64,000 nucleotides of DNA from Malacoraja senta. Its lineage: Eukaryota. The notes beneath the pieces are model-generated. The model was not told the DNA's origin. It saw nothing but the letters and a program-made list of their open reading frames with translations, and ran no database searches. The translations under genes and the position numbers were made by a program. Shown in pieces: positions 54,414 through 64,000 of the stretch; position 1 is the first letter of the stretch; each line of letters begins with the position of its first letter. The stretch covers positions 11,658,001 to 11,722,000 of the forward strand of contig CM075991.1 in NCBI GenBank assembly GCA_038087875.1. The letters are read 5' to 3'.

Positions 54414-54571
54414 GACGTGCGGCCGGGAGACGGGGGACGCCGGAGCCTCTCCCCCTCCCCCACCCCCCACCCGGACCATCGGCTGACCCGCTCGGCAGAC
54501 TCCAGCCCCTGGGGGACGAGGGGTCCCGCTGACCGCTCCCTCACCCCCAGCCCCGTGTTGGCCGGCCCTGG
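54414..54571 (+). CDS. PDLIM2: PDLIM2 Ser/Pro-rich linker exon
   Basis: DVRPGDGGRRSLSPSP...PVLAGP(G); ccccag/gtatgt; phase 0 to 2. Confidence 0.6.
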
Positions 54572-54776
54572 GTATGTGACACCACCGCGTGGATCCCCGC
54601 CCGTACCCGTGGACCCTCACTGACCCACCCCCCCCACTGACCGCCCCGCCACTGACCGCCCTACCCCCCCCCCCCCCATTGACCGCCCCACCCCCCTGCC
54701 ACTGCCCCCACCACCAGAGTAGGATTAGAGGTGCCCGGTACTGACAGGTTTGCCTCTGCCCCCCCCCCCTCCCCAG

Positions 54777-54922
54777 GGCACCTGTCCAGAGGGGATTGGG
54801 CCACGTGGACAGGGACTCTGAGGTCTACAAGATGATCCTTGAGAACCAGGCGGCCAGGGAGCCCCCGAAGCAGTCTGCTCGCTTCCGCCTCCTACAGGTG
54901 GCCATGGACAGCGGCCAGGAAG
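54777..54922 (+). CDS. PDLIM2: PDLIM2 exon with the ALP-family conserved motif
   Basis: DRDSEVYKMILENQAAREPPKQSARFRLLQ, matching DEDSEVFKMLQEN...PRQSSSFRLLQ. Confidence 0.9.
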
Positions 54923-55375
54923 GTACGGGGGGAGGGGGGGCTGTTTCTAAGTTGGGGGGGGGCAGAAGGAGTGACGTGCAAGGCTCAGAGATGTGGGTTT
55001 GTCTGGGACAGCGAGGGGGAGGGGATATGGGGAGGGGGGCTCTGGGAGGTGAGGTGAGAGGGGGAGGGGATCGGGGACTGCCGGTGGTCTTGAGGTTGTG
55101 GGGGTGGGGTGAGAGTGTGGGATGGGGAAAGGGGGGGGGGGGGGCTGATGAGAAGGCTGGACCTGATAGAGGGGGGTGAGGTTAAGGGTGGGTGCGGACA
55201 AGAAGGGTGGGGCTGGGGGTTTATCAGGGGGTGGGTGGGTGCTTTTGGGAGGGTGGGGAGGCGAGAAAGGGGGAGGAGGGGAAAGGTGAGGAGGGTGTTC
55301 TGGGGGGGGGGGTTCTCTGGGGGTGGGGTCCCAGCTTGCCCGGATGACTGCCCCGTCTCTCTCTGGTCTCTCCAG

Positions 55376-55472
55376 CTGCTGTCGCCCAGTTTTCCAGCCG
55401 GCTCGAGCCCTCTGCCCCCCGATCCGCGGCCCCCAAACACCTCACGTGTGAGCAGTGCGGCTCCGTCATCCT
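55376..55472 (+). CDS. PDLIM2: PDLIM2 exon, start of LIM domain
   Basis: ...APKHLTCEQCGSVI(L), compared with PPKLHTCEKCSTSI; donor gtgagt. Confidence 0.9.
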
Positions 55473-56267
55473 GTGAGTATTTCTCTCTCCCCCCTCCCCC
55501 CCCCAAACTCGGGACAGACGAGGCCAGTTGTTGGGGGGGGGGGTCTCAGTGTGGGGTCTAAAGGTGAACCCCCCCCCCCCTTCCTCACTGGGACTGACAG
55601 ACGTCCAAAACCGTCCCTTCCGACAACATAATACACACACACAAAGTGCTGGAGTAACTCAGTGGGACAGTCAGGCAGCATCTCTGGGGAGAAGGAAGGG
55701 GTGACGTTACTGGTCGAGACCCTTCTTCACACCCCGACCCCACCCGAAACGTCACCCGTTCCTTTTACCCAGAGAGTGGGGGTTGCGGACGGCTCTGTTG
55801 GTCAGGGGGAGAGGTGTTGGGGGGGGGGGGGCGGGGTGAGGGCTCTGTTGGTCCAGGGGTGTGTGGGGCGTGAGTCCAGGGTGGGGCGGCCAGCGGGGGG
55901 CGGGGGGGTTAGGAGGAGGGGGTCGGGGAGGGGGTCGGTTGGTCCAGGGAGGGTGGGGCGTGAGTCCAGGGTGGGGAGACCGTTGGGGGGAGAGGGGGGG
56001 GTAGGGGGAGGGGGGGGGGTCGGGGAGGAGGGGTGAGGTAGGAGGAGGGGGTTGGGGAAGGGCTCGGTTAGTCCAGGGAGGGTGGGGCGTGAGTCATGGG
56101 TGGGGAGGCCAGCAGGGGGGGGGTTAGGAGGAGGGGGTCAGGGAAGGGGGGTTGAGGAGGTGTGGGGAGGGGGGGTCAAGGGGGTGGAGGTTCGGGGATC
56201 CTGTGTCCTGTACTGCTGCCCCTCACTCTCTCTTCCCCCCCCCCCCCCCACACCCCCCCGGATGCAG

Positions 56268-56442
56268 CACGGAGGCGGTGAAGATTCGGGAGGGGAGTTA
56301 CCGCCACCACGAGTGCTACGCCTGTGCGGACTGCGGCCTCAACCTGGGCATGAGGGGCCACTTCTGGTACAACGACAAGATGTTCTGTGAGAAGCACGCA
56401 CGCCAACGCTACCAGGACCAGGCGGCAGAGGGCAGCTCCTGA
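56268..56442 (+). CDS. PDLIM2: PDLIM2 terminal exon (LIM domain C-terminal half)
   Basis: TEAVKIREGSYRHHECYACADCGLNLGMRGHFWYNDKMFCEKHARQRY...TGA; PDLIM2-typical CADCGLNL.MRGHFW..CEKHARQRY. Confidence 0.93.
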
Positions 56443-56701
56443 CCCCACCATGACCCTCCTCCCCCCCCAGCACCCTCTGACCCCTGGCATCCTCCCCGTG
56501 ACCCAGGCTGCAACCCCAGCACCCTCTGACCCCCAACATTCTGACCGTGACCCCGGCTGCGACCCCAGCACCCTCTGACCCCCAACACCCTGACCGTGAC
56601 CCCGGCACCCTCCCCTTGACCTCAGCCCTGACCCCACCACCCTCTGACCCCCGACCCCTTCCAGCCGCACACAAACTGATTGTAAAATACAGAATGTTAT
56701 A

Positions 56702-56707
56702 AATAAA
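56702..56707 (+). promoter_or_regulatory. Polyadenylation signal of PDLIM2
   Basis: AATAAA 260 nt after the stop codon, followed by T-rich sequence. Confidence 0.7.
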
Positions 56708-57139
56708 GGATGACAATAGCATTATGCAAATGAATCACTGACTTCTGATTTTTACCCAGTTGATAGGAAAGTGGGCTTTTGCCCCCCCACCACCTCCCAA
56801 AGGCGTGCAGGTTTGTAGGTTAATTGGCCCCTCTGTACATTAGCCCTAGTGGATGGGGAAAGTGGGATAACATAGAACTAGTATGAATGGGTGACTGATG
56901 GTCGGCATGGACTGGGTGGGCCGAAGGGCCTCTTTCCTTCCAGCATTGACGGTGGCAGAAACGGTAGATAATAAAAGATTCTTCAGATCTTGTTCTTCGT
57001 GTCCAGAACCCAATATTCTTTCTGAAATCGCTTCTCGAGCTGCCCTGACCATGTGCGCGTCCCCTCTGATCTCCGTTCTTGCACCTCTTCTAAAACTCTG
57101 CCCTCTACTTTGACTCTCCTCCTTATTAACAAAGTGTAA

Positions 57140-57920
57140 GGGGCGGCAGGGTGGCGCAGCGGGTGGAGCTGTTTCTATGCCGTGCCAGGGGCCCCGCGTT
57201 CGATCCCGACTACAAAAGGTGGCGTCTGTACGAACCCCTGTACATCCGCTTGGCTTTTCTCTGGTGCTCCGCTTTCTTCGTGGGTTTTCTCCGAGTTCCT
57301 CTCGCATTCCAAAGACGTGCAGGTTTGTAGGTTAATTGGCCCTCTGTAAATTATCCCCAGTGTGTAGGATAGAACTAGTGTATGATCACCGCTGGTCGGT
57401 GCAGACTCGGTGGGCCAAAGGGCCTGTCTCCATGCTCTACAGACACAAAAGTACTGCTGCACATGTCTCTGCATGAAGCCTCTCCTCAGCCACATCACCT
57501 TGGGCGCTAACACTGCAGGTACTGACTCGCGTTTGGGCTGTGTTCGTTGAACAACCTCCCATCCCACACCACTTTTATACTCCTGGGGATTTTCTGTGGA
57601 AGAAATGGAACACAAAATGGCCTCCAAAAGAGATCATCTCTTATTCTTCTAAACGCCGGTTCTAATTGGGTCTTTATCTCTTCGTTTGGGGGTGGCACAG
57701 CGGTGGAGTTGCTGCCTCGTAGCGCCATAGACCCGGGTTCGATCCCGACTACGGGTGCTGTCTGTGTGGAGTTTGTACGTTCTCCCGGTGCCCCGAGTTA
57801 CTCCCACATTCCAAAGATATTTGGGTTCGCAGGTTAATTGGCTTCTGTAAAAAAAAAAAAAAAATCCCTAGAGTGTAGGATCGTGCTAATGTGCTGGGAT
57901 CGCTGGTCGAAGGGCCTGTA
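57140..57920 (+). mobile_element. Two HE1-like V-SINE copies (57140-57440, 57688-57920)
   Basis: GGTGGC.CAGCGG heads, GTTCGATCCC B-boxes and V-domains. Confidence 0.75.
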
Positions 57921-57941
57921 TGGGCACTGTAAATTAAAGCT

Positions 57942-58747
57942 TTTTTTGTTTAAAAAAATATATATATTTATTAGAAGTACATTACATTACAACCACATAC
58001 ATTAGTACTCGTCACTTATGTCTTCTTACAATTAATGTACTCCGTTTGTTTTTTACGCTAGTAAAAGGATAAGATTGAAAGAAAGAAGAAAGTGAAGGAA
58101 AAAGTGAGAGTGTAGAAAATGTGACAACAAAAAAGGACGAAGACCCTATAAGAACAAAATTAAAAACAAAAGAAAAAGAGTTAAGAAATAGACCCTAGAA
58201 AAGAAAGAGAAAGAGAAAAAGGAAAAAGAGAGAAACAAATATTTTTATGAGCATTACGCAAATGGGACATACCAACTCTTCAACTAGCATCCCCCCTTAC
58301 CTGACCTCAATTTTTTTTTTTTAAGGTACCTTTGCACCCTATATTTGTAATAATTCTATAAATGCAGACCACGTCAGGTGGAAGTGATCTGGTTTACCTG
58401 CTTGGAGGAGTCTTATCTCTTCTAGGTGTAATGTTTCGAACATATTTGAAATCCACATGTTTATAGTTGGTATTGGAGCCTTCTTCCAAAATTTTAGAAT
58501 TAGCTTTTTTCCAGTTATTAACCCATAGTCTATTAGTTTCTTTTGAAACACATTTAGTTCTGGACCATCTTCCGTTATTCCGAAGATAATCCATTCTGCT
58601 TTGGGTATCAGTCTTATTTTAAATAATTTTGTAAAGATTTTGAAAATTTCATTCCAAAATTTTTGAATTTTTGTACAGAAAACGAATGAGTGCGCTATAG
58701 TAGCTTCTTGGGATTGACATTTATCACAAATAGATGATACATTTGGG
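57942..58747 (-). mobile_element. 5'-truncated L1 with CCHC C-terminus, 3' UTR, poly-A and 15-bp TSD
   Basis: CDKCQSQEATIAHSFVFC; KKLILKFWK; TSD CTGTAAATTAAAGCT at 57927-57941 and 58748-58762. Confidence 0.85.
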
Positions 58748-59514
58748 CTGTAAATTAAAGCTGTACACTAAATTAAAACTAGTATATTGGTGATTGCTGG
58801 TTGGTGTGGACTCGGTGGCTGAAGGGCCTGTTTTCACGTATCATATCTAAACTAAACACTTGCCCTGAGTTTAGTTACTGTAATTCATGCTCCATCTCTC
58901 CCACCCCCCCCCCCTCCCCAAAAAAGATCCAAATTCTTGTTTCACCTCGGCAGGATTCAGTGCCTGCGCCCCAGTTACACCATAACCAGATTTCTTAGCT
59001 TTGGTGAGATGTATTGAGAGTCAAGAATTCCAGAGACACAAAATAGAAAGAGACCAATATACAAGATCTTTGTTAGTGGCTTTTACAATGACCTTTGAAA
59101 GGGTGGGTGGGATTTGAGTCACCTGCTGCAAAAGAAAGGGAGGTCAGGACTTCAGAACAACACCTTGGTTGGAGAATACACCCGCTGGTCCTCATGACCC
59201 CAACAGGTTAAGTCTTGCTGTCTACATAGACAACCTTTGGAAGGGTACGTACTGAGTAACGTCCTGCACCCTGGAAGAGCAGTGTCCAGAGTGGTTACAG
59301 TGGGTTTCTGGTGACATCTGATCTCTCTCTTTGGAACAGGTTGCAGTCCGTAGTGACGAGGCCTCAATGGGCTTCTGCTCAATTTTTCCCTCGGGCACTG
59401 TGCAGCAAAATGTTGGAGGTAGATCATCAGCCATGGGCTTCAAGGGCAGGGCAACGCTGAAGATCCCAAAGGCCCATTGTTTCTCCAAATACTGAGCGAT
59501 CCTGCACATTCAAA

Positions 59515-60380
59515 TAACAAGGCAAATGCAATGTTAGCATTCATTTCAAGACAACTGGAATATAAACTCAAAAAGCTGGAGTAACTCTAAAATATATATA
59601 AAGAGATGTAATGCTGAGGCTTTTGTAAGGCACTGGTCAGACCAGATGTGGAATATTGTGAACAGTTTTGTGACCCATATCTGAAGAGGGATATGCTGGT
59701 ATTAGAGAGGGTTGGATTGAGAATGATTGGATTGACATGAATGTTTGGCGGCTCTGGACCTGTACTCGCTGGAGTTTTGAAGGATGAGGGGGAACTCATT
59801 GAAACTTACCGAATAGTAAAAGTGGATGGGGAGAGGATGTTTCCACTATTTGGAGATTCTTGGACCAGACGCCATAGCCTCAGAATAAAAGGACGTACAT
59901 TTAGAAAGATGAGAAGGAATTTCTTTAGTCAGAGGGTGGTGAAGCTGTGGAATTCATTGCCACAGAAGGAGATGGAGGCCAAGTCAATGGATATTTTTGA
60001 GATAGAGATTGACAGATTTTTTATTAGTATCGGGTTATGGGGCGATGGCAGGAGAATGGGGTTGAGAGGGAAAGATAGATCAGCCCTGATTGAATGGCAG
60101 AGTAGACTTGATGGGCTGAATGGCCTTATTCTGCTCCTGTAACTTATGAATTTCTTTAGGGAGAGGGCAGTGAATCTGTGGAATTATTTGCCACAGACGG
60201 CAGCGGAGGCCAAGTCATTGGGATTTTTGAAAGCGGAGATTGACAGGTTCTTGATTAGTAAGGGGGTCAAAGGTTACGGGGAGAAGGCAGGAGAATGGGG
60301 TCGAGAGGGAAAAATAGGTCAGCCATGGTTGAATGGTGGAGTAGACTTGATGGGCTGAATGGCCTAATTTTGGTCCTATG
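59515..60380 (+). mobile_element. Degenerate CR1-like fragments
   Basis: LIETYRIVK...RNFFSQRVVKLWNSLP. Confidence 0.75.
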
Positions 60381-60794
60381 ACTAATGAAGTTATGACAAG
60401 TGACACTGGCAGAGCAGTTTGAAGACCGACAGCTGTCTACATTGTTGGTGACACAGGAGCTGCTTCAGACAGTGAGAGATCGGGAGCCATGAATATGCTG
60501 CCAGTGAGTGTTCTACAACTGTTTGTAAGGTCTATCTCGTGGGGAATTGCAGGGCAAGGATACCCAAGTAAAGGTCTTACCTGAAGTCCCGAGCAATGTC
60601 CCATACCAGGCACGGGAAGGCAGTTCAGCGGAGAAGCAGCTCAGTCTATTCCTAGTAGCACAACATCGTCCTCGGGAACACAGAAGAGTCGGGAGCGATG
60701 AAGCTTCTACATGTTTCCCTTGGTCCATGGCCATCTCTTCAGATCTTGTCCTTTTGTCAATCTCAAGTCAATCGGAGGCTGATGATCACCCTGA

Positions 60795-61001
60795 TTAGCC
60801 CAGCCTGTGAATGCAGAGCAGAACAACAGACAGCCAACCATGTCATCTCTGGGTGCCCGCTCTACCACCCACCAAATGGAGCTCAGGACCTGGCAGACAT
60901 TGACGCAGAGACAACAACCTGGCTGCTCAACACCTAGCTTGAGATCAAACTATTCCTTTGGTTTATGTTTCATTCGCAAGAAGAAGAAGAAGAAGAAGAA
61001 G
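60795..61001 (+). mobile_element. Vingi/Ingi-like LINE 3' tip with (GAA)n tail
   Basis: SPACECRAEQQTANHVISGCP zinc knuckle, then stop and (AAG)n. Confidence 0.55.
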
Positions 61002-61256
61002 ACCCTGGAAAAAGTTCAATCTCTTCCCTTCTTTGTTCTCCCGTGGTCAGGGGCTTCAAGACTTCCGTTGATGGGGCGATCTTGGCTCCCGTAGCCGGCT
61101 GTCGGGCCCTCCGCGTCGGGGTGATCAAGCTCCTGCACCGGGGGGATCTCAGCTCCCCCACGCCAGGCGATCAGGCCATGGGTTGGGGCTGGTCGAACCT
61201 CCTGCGACTTTGGACCTTCCCGACATCAGTCTCTCCCCGAGATTGCGAGCTCCTTG

Positions 61257-61828
61257 ATAGACAATAGACAATAGGTGCAGGAGTAGGCCATTTGGCCCTT
61301 CGAGCCAGCACCGCCATTCAATGTGATCATGGCTGATCATCCCCAATCAGTACCCCGTTCCTGCCTTCTCCCCATATCCCCTGACTCCGCTATTTTTAAG
61401 AGCCCTATCTAGCTGTCTCTTGAAAGCATCCAGAGAACCGGCCTCCACCGCCCTCTGAGGCAGAGAATTCCACAGACTCACAACTCTCTGTGAGAAAAAG
61501 TGTTTCCTCGTGTCCATTTCTAAATGGCTTACTCCTTATTCATAAACCGTGGCCCCTGGTTCTGGACTCCCCCCAACATCGGGAACATGTTTCCTGCCTC
61601 TAGCGTGTCCAAACCCTTAACTATCTTATATGTTTCAATGAGATACCCTCTCATCCTTCTAAACTCCAGAGTGTACAAGCCCAGCCGCTCCATTCTCTCA
61701 GCATATGACAGTCCCGCCATCCCGGGAATTAACCTTGTAAACCTACGCTGCACTCCCTCAATAGCAAGAATGTCCTTCCTCAAATTAAGGGACCAAAACT
61801 GCACACAATACTCCAGATGTGGTCTCAC
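61257..61828 (-). mobile_element. CR1/HER1-like LINE 3' fragment
   Basis: VRPHLEYCVQFWS...RRMRGYLIETYKI plus tail. Confidence 0.85.
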
Positions 61829-62009
61829 TTGATGTTGAAATCCGCAGGCCGTGGTTGGAGTGTCGATCCCAGGCAAGTGATCGCAGGCTCCGATGGTGAG
61901 TCCAAGGCCCTGCGGTGGGGCTCAAAGTCAGTCTCGAGCAAGGTCTCCAGCTCAGCATAAACTGGCAACACCCCCTCCTCTATACTTGCGTTTGAGGCAG
62001 CAGAGGTTA

Positions 62010-62635
62010 TGTAACGGCCACCAGGCACTGTAGACAGTTCAATGTCCTGTTGTCGAGAGCCGTGAGGTCTACCCCTCCACCAGGGGGGCGGAGGACAGCG
62101 GGGTCAAAAATGCCGTGCTGCTGCTGCACTGTTTGCTGGTCTGCTCCACGCACGCATGGACGCAGCCCCCAGCGACGCATGTTGCCGTTGAACCGGCCGA
62201 CCCCTGTACGCAGCCGGTTCGGGGCGACCCACTCTTTGTGGGGCAGGTCCGAGCCGGGTGGGGCTGTGGTGTTCGGTGCAACGGTGAATAGCGGAGGTCG
62301 TGAAGTCTGTTCCCAGCTGGTTCTCCGTGCCCCTAGTGTGTTGAAACCGGAGCCACACAGGGTCGCTGCGTGACGGGAGAAGGGGCAACGAGATGACAGG
62401 CGTTGAGGCCCCAGTTGCTGTGAGTCCTGGGCGAGATGGTGCAGAGGATGTTTGGCATCCGATGGGGCCTTGCACATCAGCCTGTGGGTGAAGTACTCTC
62501 TGCCAAGCTTGGTGGCTGCACTATCTGTGAGCACCGGCAGACGATCCGTCGGAGTAGGACGTAGGCAGCTGGTGATCATCCGCATGGTGTCGTTGAGGAT
62601 GGCGTCTAGCTTGCTAGTATGAGCGCTGCGGCACC
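62010..62635 (-). mobile_element. Vingi/Ingi-like LINE C-terminal fragment
   Basis: LNDTMRMITSCLRPTP..LPVL...HPLH...RLSSRCPF...W..NRLRTGVGRF...WG. The family assignment is from motif recall. Confidence 0.55.
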
Positions 62636-63364
62636 ACGTTGTCGACCTCCCCGTGGTGAGCCCTGTCAACTGACCTCAGTCAGGCGAACGACAACATTGT
62701 TCCCGATGTTGGGGAAGTCCAGGACAAGGGGTCACAGTTTAAGGATAAGGGGGAAGTCTTTTCGGACCGAGATGAGAAAAAAAAATTCACACAGAGAGTG
62801 GTAAATCTGTGGAATTCCCTGCCACAGAAAGTAGTTGAGGCCAGTTCATTGGCTATATTTAAGAGGGAGTTAGATGTGGCCCTTGTGGCTAAAAGGATCA
62901 GGGGGTATGGAGAGAAGGCAGGTACAGGATACTGAGTTGGATGATCAGCCATGATCATATTGAATGGCGGTGCAGGCTTGAAGGGCCGAATGGCGTCCAC
63001 CTGCACCTAGTTTCTATGTTTCTAAACAGAGACAGCAGCAGAAATAACAAGGAACAACAGCTTGCAGCCTTAATGCAACCCCTCCTCTATAACCAACACA
63101 GGACCAGCTCAAGGCTGTGTGCTCAGTCCCCTGCTCTATGACCAGGACTGCACAGACCAACCAGACCATTCCAATGCCTTCTTTAAATTTCACCGACGGT
63201 ACCACCGTTGTTGGACAAATAATGGGTAATGACGAGTCAGCGTACAGGAGAGAGATTGATAATCTGAGGGAATGCTGCCAATAGGACATTGTTACTCCTG
63301 TTCTTCCATGTTTGCTTGGATATCCTCCAGAATATGGTTACTGTATAGGAAGGTGGTTTGCTGT

Positions 63365-63590
63365 ATGTGAATTGATTTCCTCGTCCAGAGAGTGGCTATC
63401 AGTCACCGTTGATCCTAGGTAGGTGAATTGGATGACAGTTTCCAGCTGACTAGTGTTTAGGATGATTTCAGAGGGGAGTGGAGTGCCTTGACCCATGACA
63501 ACAGTCATCTTAATACTGATTGCCAGTCGGTAATCATTGCAAGCATGAGACAGTCTGTCCATCAGCCCCTGAAGTCCTTCTTCTGTTGGG
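63365..63590 (-). mobile_element. RTE-clade reverse transcriptase fragment
   Basis: TEEGLQGLMDRLSHACNDYRLAISIKMTVVMGQ...FTYLGSTVT..SLDEEIN. Confidence 0.7.
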
Positions 63591-64000
63591 GTGATGAGTG
63601 ACCAATATGATCCCGATGGTTCCTCTTCCTTCTCGGCAGCGCGCCCTTCCATGAGCAGTCTGACCTCCGGCACCTACCGAGGGCCTGTCTTTGACACTTG
63701 TCTCGGCGGTCACTTCGGCTGACGGATTCGTCCTTGTTCGTGGCCAATGCGGGCCAAGTCCGGTCTTGAGTGGCTTCAATTTTCTGTCATTCAAGTCCAC
63801 GGTGATCATCAATCTTGGCCATTTCCTGTCATCAGAAACCAACCTGGTAAATGGAGACAAGAATGGAGTCTTGAAGGGTCTCGATCCAAATGTCATCTGT
63901 CCATTTCCTCCGCAGATGCTGCCTGACCCGCTGAGTTCCTCCAGCAGTTTTCTGCTCCACCTTCGCTGACAGCCGAGCTCTAAAAACACATCTCCATCAC

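Overview
Vertebrate (eukaryotic) genomic DNA, most likely a skate, ray or shark, inferred from abundant HE1-like V-SINEs and HER1/CR1-like LINE tails. It contains parts of three spliced genes that I reconstructed by hand with consistent reading-frame phases: (1) the 5' part of SORBS3/vinexin on the minus strand (~1.1-15 kb, including the SoHo motif exon); (2) exons 2 to last of a calcineurin A catalytic subunit, best matching PPP3CC, on the minus strand (28280-44553), with a GC-AG intron, a candidate 33-nt cassette micro-exon and an unusually long C-terminal tail; (3) after a 200-N gap (52469-52668), the post-PDZ 3' part of PDLIM2 on the plus strand (52992-56442). The 5' ends of both PPP3CC and PDLIM2 are missing at the gap, which suggests a mis-oriented contig or an inversion relative to the mammalian PPP3CC>SORBS3>PDLIM2 order. 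Non-coding DNA is dominated by CR1, Rex1/Babar, L1, RTE and Vingi-like LINE fragments, V-SINEs, a hAT MITE and kilobase-scale microsatellites. The most notable non-gene signal is a dense family of short Penelope-like-element (PLE) terminal-repeat fragments. They carry a minimal type-I hammerhead ribozyme motif (CUGAnGA-A-stem II-GAAA-CG-UH) with subfamily variation that preserves stem II. Copies occur as TSD-flanked ~70-155 bp insertions, fold-back palindromes and a 66-bp tandem array, several of them sense to host pre-mRNAs. The long ORFs in the track are repeat artefacts.
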